The position numbers and the translations under genes were made by a program. A stretch of DNA of 64,000 bases from Octopus sinensis (Eukaryota): positions 198,710,001-198,774,000 of the forward strand of contig NC_042997.1 in the NCBI RefSeq assembly GCF_006345805.1, read 5' to 3'. Of the stretch, positions 25,590 to 38,185 are shown one piece after another; the first letter of the stretch is position 1, and the number at the start of each line of letters is the position of its first letter. The notes beneath the pieces were generated by a model, which saw only the letters and a program-made list of their open reading frames with translations, was not told where the DNA came from and did not search any database.

Positions 25590-25598
25590 AGATATATG

Positions 25599-25661
<63 letters not shown>

Positions 25662-25785
25662 ATATATATTTATATATGTTTATATATATATATATTTTTT
25701 TTTATGTGTATATATATATATATATATAAATGTATTTATATATATATATATATATTTATGTGCATATATGTGTGTGTGTGTGTGT
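25590..25785. repeat. (TA)n/(TG)n microsatellite
   Basis: Low complexity. Confidence 0.95.
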
Positions 25786-26134
25786 TAGTAAATGAAAACA
25801 GTAATAACGGAAATTAAAATCAGCCACAATATATATGCGCGCAGAAAACTCAAAGTATGAGTATTGCGATGTATATCTCACCGTAATAGCCTTATATACA
25901 TACGGCATGTGCTATTGGTATTTATTGATGATAATACGGATGGAATACATGCTACGTTGATCATTGGCAAAATATACTACTTTGGGTAAATGACTTTTGT
26001 ACAGAATCTAACCTGGCAATATATGATGCGTCTTAACAATATATGATCTGTCTGTACAAAATATATGGAAGTAATTTTTCATTGAAGCTTTTATTAGATA
26101 CACGTTTCAGCTTCGTTTCATTTAATCGCCGGAA

Positions 26135-26961
26135 AGTCTAGCTTTTGGAAGAAATTCCTGACTAAAACAGCCATACTCTCTTCCTTCAGGGGAACCGCTC
26201 ACAGCCTCTAACAATATCAGAGACCTGGGTGTAATTGTTGATGAGGATCTCGGTTGGAATGCACACATCAACAAGAAGGTCGACATAACTCGTAGGATGA
26301 GTTCCTGGATCTTAAGAACTTTCCGGTCCAGAGAACAAGGTGTCATCATACCACTTTTCTCCTCCTTTGTACGGCCACACCTCGAATACTGCTGCCCACT
26401 GTGGTCTCCCCATGCAAGACAAAACATCTCGAGGATTGAATCACCCCAGAGAGCACTCACTAAACGAATTGAAGGCATGGCTGCTCTCGATTATTGGGAT
26501 CGCCTTAAAGCCTTAAAACTCTACTCTCTCCAGCGTCGCCGTGAGCGGTACATCATTTGTACGATGTGGAGAATATACCGCCAACTTTGCCCAAACGACC
26601 TGAACATTAGCTTCAAGGTTCATCCAAGACTGGGACCACGGGCGATACGTCCCCTACTCAATTTAGATCACAGCATACATGTACACTACAACATAATTTC
26701 TTTTCCCTGCCCTATTTAGCATTGTCCCGAAATAGATCAAAGAGGAACAGGATCCCATCAACTTTAAACGGAGTCTGGATAGATTCCTTCAAGGAATACC
26801 AGATAAGCCACCCATGATTGGATACAACTCACCCAACAAAAACTCACTACTTGAATGGACCATAAACAAAACTTGACTTAAACAGGATTCAAATAATCCT
26901 ATCAGGTGGTGCTATTAAGTTAGACATGGCCTGGACCAATCATTGGTCGAAACTTATCTAA

Positions 26962-26964
<3 letters not shown>
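26135..26964 (+). mobile_element. 5'-truncated CR1-type LINE, copy 2
   Basis: IRDLGVIVDEDL.WNAHI..., RPHLEYCCPLWSP; frameshift near 26660; 3'UTR ends at (TA)n. Confidence 0.9.
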
Positions 26965-26996
<32 letters not shown>

Positions 26997-27230
26997 CAGT
27001 TAATCCAAATAAGAAAACAAAAAAACAACAACGCAAGGATGTGGAACAAATAAAGTATTATTGGACGCTCAGGAAAGAAGCTCTTCGTCGGAAACATGGG
27101 AGAAAGAAACATCCCGAGACGGGAGGACAGAGGGAAAAAAATAGCAGGTAGTCTACACGAGGTCACATACTAAAAAGACGGAAGTGGTCAAAAGGAAGAA
27201 AAAGTGTTTTTTTAAAAACAAAAGAGCTGA
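26997..27230 (-). mobile_element. Penelope-associated repeat, same family as 63768-63950, hammerhead half deleted
   Basis: AGTTAATCCAAA...CAACAACGC.AGGA.GTG.AACAA...TTATTGGACGCTCAG shared; the GAAACGTT half is missing. Confidence 0.75.
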
Positions 27231-27269
27231 ATCAGAGAATGAATGGTAAAAAAGGTGTGCGAGATGACA

Positions 27270-27821
27270 AGGGTGTGTGTGTGTGCGTGTGTGTGTATGT
27301 GTGTGTATGGTTGACGATGGCTGGTAGCAGGCAGTAGGGAATTAAGGAATGGGTGGGGGTACCCTAGCAAGTCAGAAAGGCAGGTCAGAAACAAGGAGGT
27401 ATGTGTGTGTGTGCGTGTATATGTATCGTGTGTGTGTGTTTTGTTGTAGTATGTGTGTGTGTACGTGTGCGTTTTTTTGTGTGTATGGCGAGTACCTGTG
27501 CTTAGACTTAGTGTATGTGTGCGTGTGTGCTTGTACGTGCGTGTGTGTGTATATATACGTATGTATGATTGTGTGCGAGTGTGCGTATGTATGTGTGTCT
27601 GTCTGTGCTTATATGTGTGTACGTATGTGTATGTGTGCGTGGAGGTATATGTTGTGTGTATGTATGTGTCGGTGTCTATGTGAATTAGTGGGTGTTTGTA
27701 CGTGTGTATGTGTGTATGTGTGTGTGCGTATATTGTATATATATGTAAATGTGTGTGTGTACGTGCGTGGGAGTGAATGTATGTATGTGCGTGTGTGTAC
27801 AAATGTGTGTTTATATGTTTG

Positions 27822-27872
<51 letters not shown>

Positions 27873-27996
27873 GTTTGTATGTGCGTATATACATGCATGC
27901 AAGGACACACTTCGCAACTGAAAGATAGATGGAAAAGACTATCGCGGTGCGGGCGCATGCGAAACTACACACGCACACGCTCAGACGCGCGCCCGA

Positions 27997-28060
<64 letters not shown>
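27270..28060. repeat. Degenerate (TG)/(TATG)/(TA) microsatellite block
   Basis: Low complexity; source of the spurious His/Thr and Cys/Val ORFs. Confidence 0.9.
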
Positions 28061-28061
<1 letters not shown>

Positions 28062-28986
28062 GAGGCGGTGTCGTTCCTTTTCGCCCTGACTTTTACCAGA
28101 CCTGTATTGCTCTATCCTTTAAACATTTTTCCTATTCTTATTTGCATTACCTATATACGTCTATTCGACGTCCTAAGGACTTTCTCTGTTGTATATGTGT
28201 AATTATTCTTTTTTCGGTTGTATTTGTATGATTATGTTTTTGTTCTATATGTACAAGTGTTATATTATTTTAGTTTGTCTTGTTTTTGTCCTTGTTGTAT
28301 ACGTTCATTAGCTATTCCCAAACGTTCTCTGCTCTAGCGCTGCCAAGACGGAGTGGTATGAATTGTAAAAGTGCGAAACCACTCTGATATCTTGACCACT
28401 GATTGATGAGGAATCAGCTGCGAATTTTTTGAGTACTATGGTTTCGTCTATTTTCCGATTGTGATGTTTCTGTTAAATGCTTCCGTCTGTTAAATTTTCT
28501 TCCGTTTGTTGCGTTCTTTTTATTCCATCCTTGAAATACGCAGACACACTATGTGGGAGCTTGTGCGCGTGGATAATAGCCTCCTTATGTGCCTAACATT
28601 ATATATTTCATCTCATATAAAACACCCTCCGATTTTCAATGAGTATATTTCATAACAATTTTAAAACTATTCAAATTATTTAGCGCTTTGATAACAATAA
28701 CAATGGAAGAATCGCAATCACATCATATACATACGTACATTCCTACGTATGTACAGACAGACAGGCATACAAGACATGCATATATCATCAAAGACTGCAG
28801 ACATTACAGACAATAGTATATCGCCCGCCTACTCAACGATATTCTGAACATAAAACAATATATACACACAAAAATAGCTGCAACATCAATTAATTAGCCG
28901 TAACAACTACGCTGATTGTATACCACAAACAATAGGAGCAGAAGAGAAGCAATTGTGAAGCTCCAACCGAATCCACCTCTTCTTTC

Positions 28987-29000
28987 GTTACTATGGCGAC
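28987..29000. promoter_or_regulatory. X-box (RFX) like motif GTTACTATGGCGAC
   Basis: Close to the GTTGCCATGGCAAC palindromic consensus, in non-repeat DNA; followed by AAG|GTTAGT donor-like site. Confidence 0.4.
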
Positions 29001-29443
29001 AAGGTTAGTCTATAGGCGTATATATAAATAGTTTGGGAGGTAGCTAAACATTTCCATTAAGACACAATGTCGATGACCGGTTCAAACGTTTTGTATTCAT
29101 TTTGATTTTGAAAGTGCTATGAATATTTTCATATTGTTCACCTCTTCTAAGAATGTAGACCGTTTACGTCTGGTCTAAAATAAATCATGAATATTTATGT
29201 CGTATTCGCTCTTTCTTTACTGTAGCTTCAGTTCGTATTGCAAAGGACCAAATGAATGAACCAGAATAATATTTACCGAATAGTAATAAAGTCAGAATCA
29301 TTAAATTAAAGGTACACTAAATATCGACGATTAAAACAACGCTGCGTACTTTTATTATATGTAATACAATGGTTTATAGTCACACATAGACAAGCCTTTC
29401 CCTGCTATAATATCATCGCAAGTTAACGCCTTCTTATAGGTAA

Positions 29444-30344
29444 CTAGCAGTATCGCCCGGCGTTGCTCGGGTTTGTAAGGGAAATAACTATATAAGCATT
29501 TTTAGAGAGTGACTTCCCTTATAGATGCCAATTCGGGCTTTCTTAGCCATTTCTGTTTTGGTGTCTTCAAGCCATGAAGTCGTTGTTCTAAAAGAACGCT
29601 GGTCTCCTTGACAACGCATTACGACGTTGATTTCCTTAAACTCCCTTCCCCACAGCTTCACGAGGGAGGGAAGAAGGGGGAGAAGCAAACACAGGTGCAG
29701 GTATTTGAGCGTGGACGCCAACTCCGCCGCCATCGACACACGAAAAATTATGCATTAAAATGGAATAAAAAATGATGTTAAATTATTTTAAAAATCGTAG
29801 ACTCATCGTAGACGCGCGCTAATAGCCAGCCGGGCTTGATATTAATCACGACTATAAGATACCCGAATTTGGTTAAACTGCACCGCAAAATGTGGGAGGA
29901 GTTAGGAATCTAAATCGAAGGGGACAGACACTCACACAACTACAGTTTTATATATATAGACTAGCAGTATCGCCCGGCGTTGCTCAGGTTTGTAAGGGAA
30001 ATAACTATAAAGCATTTTTAGAGAGTTATAGCCAAAAAATAGCAAAAAAATGGAAAAAAAATGATGGTAAATTTTTTTTGAGAGTAAAAAAAGGTTGAGT
30101 TGCGTCCCCTAGACAGTCTGTGGTTTGTTTTTTTATTCTCGACCCCATGTCGAATTTATCGATTTTTTTCAGAACTGGGGGAACTTTTCAAAATTTTCGC
30201 TGCGTTAGTTTTGAATTATGACATTGGGCTATGTGTGTGTCAAGTTTCATCAGAATCGGTTGAAAGCCGTGGTCAGGGTGAGGGTACGAGAAAACAGACA
30301 CACAGAAACACGCACAGACAAACTGCCGTTTATATAGAGAGAGA
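29444..30344 (-). mobile_element. Head-to-tail pair of non-autonomous Helitrons (29444-29960 and 29961-30344)
   Basis: On the minus strand each unit starts TC and ends with hairpin CC(C/T)GAGCAACGCCGGG followed by CGATACTGCTAG; junction CTAG|TC; outer flanks A and T, no TSD. Confidence 0.88.
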
Positions 30345-30377
30345 TGTACGAGAAAACACATCGAGCTGGACTGTGAA

Positions 30378-30500
30378 TGACGTCAATGAACCGCATGACA
30401 CGTGTTTCTGCGTTGATGGTGTCTAGCTGACGAAGCATAACATCGCAGAAACCTGTGCCCAACGGTCTCATGACGTCATTTATATTTCAGTTTGGCGTCA
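30378..30500. promoter_or_regulatory. Cluster of CRE sites and an E-box
   Basis: TGACGTCA at 30378-30385 and 30471-30478, CACGTG at 30399-30404, half-sites TGACG/CGTCA near 30428 and 30496. Confidence 0.4.
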
Positions 30501-31083
30501 CGGACATTGTTTTTAAGGAGAATTTCTCTTCCCCAACGATCTTCCCATGTCAAAATGTACTAGAGTGTGTTAAATATAAGTATACGCAGCTTTAATTTCA
30601 TCAATCGCTGCTTAGTGTGTCTTTACTTAATTAACACCAGCTTAACAAAGCCTTATACACACCAGCAAATTTATTTGTTTTTATATATAAATACGGCAGT
30701 TCATAGTTGGTCATGAACGACGAATTCGGTATCTGTAGCTGATAAAGCGCAACAACACAGAATATGTGCTCCACTATTCGAAGACGTCAATTACAAACCA
30801 GTTTAGAGTGTTTTCACACATTGACTATAAAATGCATATCTCTTCTGAGACAGTTATTGTAAGAGGGTCTTTCAACGTTTGAGTGTATATGAACACGTTA
30901 AATGTAAATCTATAAACCTTTATGAAGTTAAAATCTTTTCCTTCCTGTTGCTAAAGGAATATTGTGAAAGATATTCTTTCTGAATGTGATAAATTACTTT
31001 TACTGAAATAATATATAATTATTTGCAGATCCAATGCTTAGACTAATAAATTCATGCTGGTTGTTAGTAAAATGGTAACTTAC

Positions 31084-31363
31084 CTTCAATTTTTCGATGG
31101 CGGCTCTTTCGATTTGGTGGAGGTATATCCGTTTGTGTTCCTTGAGAGACTGATGATGTGTCACTTGATTTGATACGCCTGTAAGATCCACATTTGAAAT
31201 CAAGTCGATGCATACGATAGCAATTTAGACAAGTCTTGTCTTGCTGTATACTTATCATGGAGTCCGTTTCTTTATCGGGGCTTTCCATTAGATGACACTG
31301 ACACGAATTAGGCTTCGGTAAAATGACTTTGTCAGTCGGTGCTTTGCTAGCACACGAACCCAT
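31084..31363 (-). CDS. Candidate first coding exon of an unknown protein, 93 aa (MGSCASK...RKIE), N-myristoylation-type start
   Basis: Non-repetitive ORF with MGxxxSK plus Cys4, a GTQTD motif, and a consensus phase-1 donor AAG|GTAAGT at 31083. Confidence 0.6.
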
Positions 31364-31537
31364 ATTTAGGGTGGGGACTTTATTTTTATATCTCCTTTCG
31401 TTCCACTCGGCAACTGACCTTTTTTTTTTCTTTTTTTTTTTCGACTTTCTTTTTATGCACCAAATGTATAGATTGTAGGAGTTTATGGTTTAAATTGTTT
31501 TAAATTTGATAAACTGAACGTTGCCGAAATAACTTAC

Positions 31538-31589
31538 CAGCTGTCAAATGCATTGTATTTGGAAGTGTTCATCTTCCCACTTACGTTCC
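31538..31589 (-). other. Candidate 52-nt exon (5'UTR/uORF or alternative coding)
   Basis: Long polypyrimidine tract + ttccag acceptor (31590-31628), donor CTG|GTAAGT at 31537; a second GTAAGT at 31584. Confidence 0.5.
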
Positions 31590-31698
31590 CTGGAACCAAA
31601 GAAAAAAAAAAAGAAAAAGAAAAAAATTACAGGAGGAATTAACAGACGACACAAAAGGACAAATAAAACAAAATTAATCACCACAAGATTAATGTGGA

Positions 31699-32080
31699 AG
31701 CACTCCGTCGGTTACGACGATGAGCGTTCCGGTTGATCCGAATCAACGGAACAGCCTGCTCGTGAAATTAACGTGTAAGTGGCTGAGCACTCCACAGACA
31801 CGTGTACTCTTAACGTAGTTCTCGGGGATATTCAGCGTGACACAGAGAGTGACAAGGCCGGCCCCTTGAAATACAGGTACAACAGAAACAGGAAGTAAGA
31901 GTGAGAGAAAGTTGTGGTGAAAGAGTACAGCAGGGATCACCACCATCCCCTGCCGGAGCCTCGTGGAGCTTTTAGGTGTTTTCGCTCAATAAACACTCAC
32001 AACGTCCGGTCTGGGAATCGAAACCGCGATCCTACGACCGCGAGTCCGCTGCCCTAACCACTGGGCCATTGCGCCTCCAC
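31699..32080 (-). mobile_element. tRNA-derived SINE group C, full length
   Basis: Head GGAGGCGCAATGGCCCAGTGGTTAGGGCAGCGGACT...GGTTTCGATTCCC with A and B boxes. Confidence 0.9.
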
Positions 32081-33624
32081 AATATTAATACAGTTCTAGA
32101 ATTCAAAATGAATACATTTTTCTTATGTACATCTCAGGAAATAGTGACGGTCGTTTAGAAAAAGCGCGGGCTAAAACTACGCGCCTTCACTGGTCAGTTA
32201 AGGTGAGACAGTGTCACGTGACAACTTGCTGGGGCTGCCTGCTGGAGCCTATGCGGCTGGTATTTAAAGGGAGAAATTTGACAAGACAGTCAGTCACCGG
32301 CTGACACTCGCTGACGATACATCGAAGAGGCCAGAGAACAGAAGAAAGAAGACATTCACCCAACACCAGAGCTGAAGACACCTCCGAAAGGGGGGGGGGC
32401 ACGTCAAAACGGTAGAGGAGTAGGGGCCGAAACCGGACGTGGTTCCTCCTGATGATGTCCTGAGCTAACTGGATCCTATAAAGGAGCTATTGTGGTAGCA
32501 GACCACGAAACACGGTTGTAATTCCTTAAGAATATTGCATGCCAGTGTTCTTGGAGTAGGAAAAGTTCTGCTGAAAACATATCTATTGGTGGCTGAAGTG
32601 TGTAAGCTTTCGAAAGAGTTCAAATTATAAACATTAAACATGTTCCCTGCTTTAATTTGACTCGCATGAAAATGTGTATCAACCAGAGTAAATTTGAATA
32701 AGAGGAAGATAGTGAACAGCTGCTTTTACAAATGTCGGTGGTTAATTAAATGTTGATAGAATTAGATGCGATGGTATTCTATGAATTAACAAAGATGTTT
32801 CAAACACGGAATGAAAAAAAAAAACAATTAAGAAAAACTGACGAGCTTCAATTATTTAGATTTGTTCCGGTTTACCACCAGATTGCTAAACCAGATTTGG
32901 TAAACCTATCATCCAAAATTACAGTGATAACCAACAACATTAGACAAATAAATAAGGAAAATATATCCGAAAGCTTTATTAATTATTTCATTAGACAGCA
33001 AATATATGATTCAAACCGGAGAGAAATACGTCTGTGTTGAATGAAGAACTGAATTTCCCAAGTGAATAAGAATTATACAATTTATTGGTTATGGTTCACT
33101 ATCCTGTCATTAGTTTGCTAACAAAATTTTAAACAAAACAAAAGACTTTCTAACAAAGAAAAAAGTGTCATTATGATACAACTGAATTTATCAGTGTACT
33201 AGCAGTATAGCTTATGATATAGTAAAGGATTTTGAAATTAATGATTTTAGCAATTATAAATGTCTAATTAACAAATACAAAAACAAATTGTTATTGACCA
33301 ACAATAAAGAACCGATAGTTTCAATATTCTCTATAATGAATATTTAGTTATGAGGTTAGTAAAATCGGTATTCTTTGGAGGGATGGAATTATCTGAAATA
33401 GATATAACGTCGCAAAATATAGCTTCCAGAAATGTTTCTTTTTTTTCTTGTTCCTGAAATATTGATTTCTTTCCAGGCATATATAACACAAGGAGTGAGG
33501 TGTCTTTCTTAGTTGTTTTTAGTATTTTCTAACTTCAGGTCAACTGTACATGATCGGACTTAACACGTCAAAGGCGTTCCTAGCTGTGATCACGCCATTT
33601 GTTTTTTAGAGCTATCGTCTGTAT

Positions 33625-34018
33625 ATTCTTTTCACTTATTTCAGTCATTAGACTGTGGCCATGCTGCAGCATCGCCTTGAAGAGTTTTTGTCGAATGAAT
33701 CAATCGGTCTCTTTGGCCAAACAGCTAAGTTACGGAGACGTAAACACACCAACACCGGTAGTCAAGCAGTGGTGACGGGCAAAGACACACACACACACAC
33801 ATGGAATAAAAGCATCTATTTCTTTATTACCCACAAGGTGTTAAACACAGAGGGGACAAACAAGGACAGACAAGGGGGTTAAGTCGATTACATCGACCTC
33901 AGTGCATAACTGGTACTTATTTAATCGACCCCGAAAGGATGAAAGGCAAAGTCGGCCTCGACGGAATTTGAACTCATAAAAAAGAATATTTATTTTACTA
34001 GAGCCTTTTGTTTCATAC

Positions 34019-34053
<35 letters not shown>

Positions 34054-34215
34054 ATGCCACGGGCTTCTTTCTCATTCCGTCGACCAAATTCACTCAGGCT
34101 TTGGTTGGCCCGAGGCTATAGAAGAAGACACTTGCCAAGGTACCACGCAGTGGGACTGAACCCGGAACCATAAGGTTGAGAAGCAAACTTTTTATCACGG
34201 TGCCACACCTGCGCC
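33625..34215 (-). mobile_element. SINE group A interrupted by a group B monomer (~33816-33976)
   Basis: Group A tail and head flank a group B unit located at the internal microsatellite. Confidence 0.85.
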
Positions 34216-35467
34216 TGTCGGACTACATTATCTAAAGTATATTTTACTTATTATATAGGGTGGTTTGAGGGAATTCTATCTACTTTCTCAAGCTGGTCGT
34301 ATGACATGAGTGGATGCTCTCTCTATCTTTCTTCCTGTCTGTCTCTCTCTCTCTCTCTCAATAGTAAAGTTCATTTAAAAGTTTCAATCTAAAACAAAAT
34401 GGGTTTCCTTTTCACCCGCCAGTGGGGCATTATACGGATTTATACTGACAGTAATATTCGGGGTTTTACAGTGCTGGAAAGTCTAAGTCGGTAAAACCAG
34501 TGTTACTGCCGCTGCCTTATGTACAGTACAGTGTGAATTATGTAGACCGGAGCTGTTAGTTTAACAATGAATATACCAATAATTCTGTGTCTTTTCCTGT
34601 ATTCAAATCGTAATTTGATTATATGAAAGTTTATAAGAAAATGAGTTGACAATCTCGTTTCTTCAAGCTCATATAATAGCCAATACATTGCGTTTATGCA
34701 ATTATTATTTTAGTCATTATTTTGCAGGTGAACTTAGCTCATAACGTCATTCCGATGCCAAGAGGAAACTATATTCTATAATTTACATTGCTAATGTCTG
34801 ATATAATAACAAAAATTGACGTCTTGGAATATATACATTTCTAATCACTTAATTTATATTATTCTTTGCTGCTTGTCTTTTCTCAAATTTACATGTTTTT
34901 CCATTGAAATAACTGCATTTGATTATTGTTTTCCTTCCTGTCATGTCAAATTTGAACTCCATCCGAGTGACATTTGTTTCAGAATTGACGTGCTTTTGCG
35001 TTTATATACATGCAGTTTGCTTCCTGTACAGAATACACATGAGCATAGAAAGATTTATCAGGAATTTGAGGGACGACAAGAACCTATTTACAAAAGAATT
35101 TGAAAGGAGTGACATAGTTGAGAAAGTATTACGCGTTTGGCGCAATAGGCTTATTAGCCAAAACAGACATTAAGCTTTTTCTATTGAGCAGCGGATCGAT
35201 GATCCACCAAGATTGAAAATGCTTTGTTTTAATCAGTGTTTGCTCTTTACAGTGATGCTAAATTGTGCATTTCCTCCCCAAAATACACTCATAAGAATTA
35301 TTTGCATTTTAGAACTGGGAAAGTTCCGCTTTGAATTGCTTGAATGTTACAAGCATTTTTGGTGATACATACATACATACATATATGCACATATACATAC
35401 ATAGATGCATATACATACATATGAATAGATGCTGATACAAATATATGGTTAGATGCATATACATACG

Positions 35468-35498
<31 letters not shown>

Positions 35499-35859
35499 CG
35501 TTCTGTCTGTCTGTGTATGTTGTGTCTTCTAGGATCTCGGGCATCCTCCATAAGAGTGCGCTCATATTTGATATGTAGATACCGACGGTATCATGGCGTA
35601 TATAAGTCTTGAAATAATTACAAAAATCGATTCCAAGTGAGAATACGATCGATAAAGCCGTGGGAACGTGCATTTGTACGCGCAAGTACATCAGCACCGT
35701 CCATTGGACGGGTGCGTTTTGCTCGTATATATATATATATAAATTTTAAATGATGCAAGAGTATTGTTTTCCAGTAAAAGAAAGCAATATACGGTTAAAG
35801 TATCAATATAACTATAGAATCGTGGTAGAACAATGCAACAAAATTTACTGGAAATAGCA

Positions 35860-35922
<63 letters not shown>

Positions 35923-36034
35923 ATGTCTGTGTGTATCTTTGTGTATGTGTGTGTGTGTGCGTGCGTCCGCGTGTATCTGTGTGTATATGCGTGCACATGT
36001 GTTGATAGTGTAATGTAAGAATTGTAAATAATTT

Positions 36035-36520
36035 TGGTTTCAAATTTCGGCACAAGGTCACCAATTTGGAGGCAGCGGGTAAATCAATTACATCGATCCG
36101 CAGTGATCGACTGGTACTCATTTCATCGATCCCGAAATGATTATGGTCCAACTCGGTGGAATTTGAACTCAGAACGCTGCGATGGACGAATAACTGCTAA
36201 GCAATTTACACGACGTGCTAACGACTGTGTTAGCTCACCACCTTTGAGTACATGTTGCATAAAGCAAACAATATCAATACGTTGTTCTTGTTTGCCCTCT
36301 CTGTTTAGCCCCTTGTGGGTAGTAAAGAAATAGGTATTTCGTCTGCCGTTACGTTCTGAGTTCAAATTCCGCCGAGGTCGTCTTTACCTTTCATCCTTTC
36401 GGGGTCGATAAAATAAGTACCAGCTACGTACTGGGGTCGATGTAATCAACTTAATCCGTTTGTCTGTCCTTGTTTGTCCCCTCTATGTTTAACCCATTGT
36501 GGGCAATAAATAAATAAGAA
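36035..36520. mobile_element. Old minus-strand group B SINE followed by a plus-strand group B partial dimer
   Basis: Group B core in both orientations. Confidence 0.8.
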
Positions 36521-37020
36521 TATTAATACAAAAAATAAGACCGGGTTATATTATTTGAAATATATGTATATACTGTTGGACTATCTGGATACATATACCA
36601 TTAATGAATCAATACAGCGTTAGATTGGTAACTTGGGAGGTTTCCTAGGTAGTTTTTTTTTACTGGAGTCGATGCTAGAACATCGAGAAAACCTTATTGA
36701 TGAGATGACTGTAGCAATGTGGAAAATTTGAACTCAGCCCATAAAGAGCCTCACAGATCCTGTCTAACACTCTTGCAATTCTAGCCATTGTTTCACCTGT
36801 TCTGGTATATATTCGACTCTGACGGATGGAAAGGTAAAATTCGTTTCGGTGGAGTTTTAACTTAGAGAACTGAATCAAATAGCGCAAGGCATTTTATCTT
36901 ACAGTATAACGTCACTGACTAATTTATGTGCGTGCGCTTGTGTATATGTGTAAATTAAGAAAGTGCTGAGATTTCCTTATCTGACTGAATAACGGAAGCA
37001 AATGTTTAATGTGTCTATCT

Positions 37021-38185
37021 GTATACACATAGAATGCAATGATTTACTATCTCACAATCAATTTATTGTGCACTCAAGTAATCAAATGTCTCGCAAATCA
37101 CCAGAAAATACGATGTCTCCTAGCTTTCAAATTTCATTATCTTATTAACTTAACTATTATTACGTTGCAACAGTATAAAAGCAATAGATGGACACATTAG
37201 CATCAATGACAATGTCAATATTGGTAAAAGAATATTCTTTTCTACTCTAGGCACAAGGCCCGAAATGTTGGGGGAGCGGGGAGCAGTCTATTAGATCGAC
37301 CCTAGTACGCAACTGTTACTTAACTTATCGACCCCGAAAGGATGAAAGGCAAAGTTGACCTCGGCGGAATTTGAACTCAGAACGTAGCGGCAGACGAAAT
37401 ACCTATTTCTTTACTACCCACAAGGGGCTAAACACAGAGAGGACGAACAAGGATAGACAAACGGATTAAGTCGATTACATCGACTCCAGTGCGTAACTGG
37501 TACTTATTTAACCGACCCTGAAAGAATGTAAGGCAAAGTCGACCTCGGCGGAATTTGAACTCAGAACATAACGGCAGACGAAATACGGCTACGTTAAATT
37601 TTATTTTAGACATTTCTGCTGACTGACATTCTAAATTTGATTAAGGATTCTTTTTCAAAAGCAAAGCCTGCTTTCATCTTGCCTTCCATTAGTGTCTTGT
37701 GATTTGACTAAGATTATAATGTGCTTACTAATCCGTACCATTGGACAGGATAAACACGTCTGCAGTAGTAGAACATTAGAAATAAACTAATTCTTTTTTT
37801 CACTGCGTAGTCAAATGTTACATCTCATTAGATAGTAAGTCGAAAACAATTTCATTCCTGTATAAGCAATATAGCTGAGTACTTTGAATAGGAATCTTAA
37901 AATCCAATCATTAACAAAATTCAATTTACAAGATGGTAATTTGAGTGCGTACAAATATATATTCAGTAAGAAATGTATTGCTGTTGGAAATGAAAACAAA
38001 CCGAACGGGTAATCATAGAATCTTATTGAAATACATCCTTGTACAACACAAAAGCAAGCCAAGGAATAGGTAATTACCGGAGTAGAACTCCCTTTCAGTA
38101 TATGACTTAATATGATGAAGAGTACTGCCAGACAATTGGACACTATAGCAATCTTATATCTCCACAAAAACAATGTAGAATTCAA
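37021..38185 (-). pseudogene. Decayed intronless class-A (rhodopsin-like) GPCR, interrupted by a SINE
   Basis: Collinear TM-like motifs on the minus strand: IAIVSNCL (TM1), KGSSTPVITYSLA (TM2), SCKL...MKLFSTYYLMR (TM3), CLSCP (TM4), CPSIAFIL/CNVIIVKLIR (TM5), TSYFLVICETFDYLSAQ (TM6), VNHCILCVY (TM7); stops and frameshifts. Confidence 0.55.
37235..37592 (-). mobile_element. SINE group B dimer with alternative terminal tail
   Basis: Two cores; the 3'-most unit ends ...GGGCCTTGTGCCTAGAGTAGAAAAGAAT. Confidence 0.88.

Noticed and set aside
27212-28202. His/Thr-rich and Cys/Val-rich ORFs
   Set aside because: Translations of TG/CA/TA microsatellites.
32005-32080. tRNA gene
   Set aside because: The tRNA-like sequence is the head of a multi-copy SINE, with no clean cloverleaf or terminator.
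32750-33440. AT-rich coding-like stretch (viral or Maverick fossil?)
   Set aside because: Short broken ORFs with no motif I can recognise; needs a BLASTx search.
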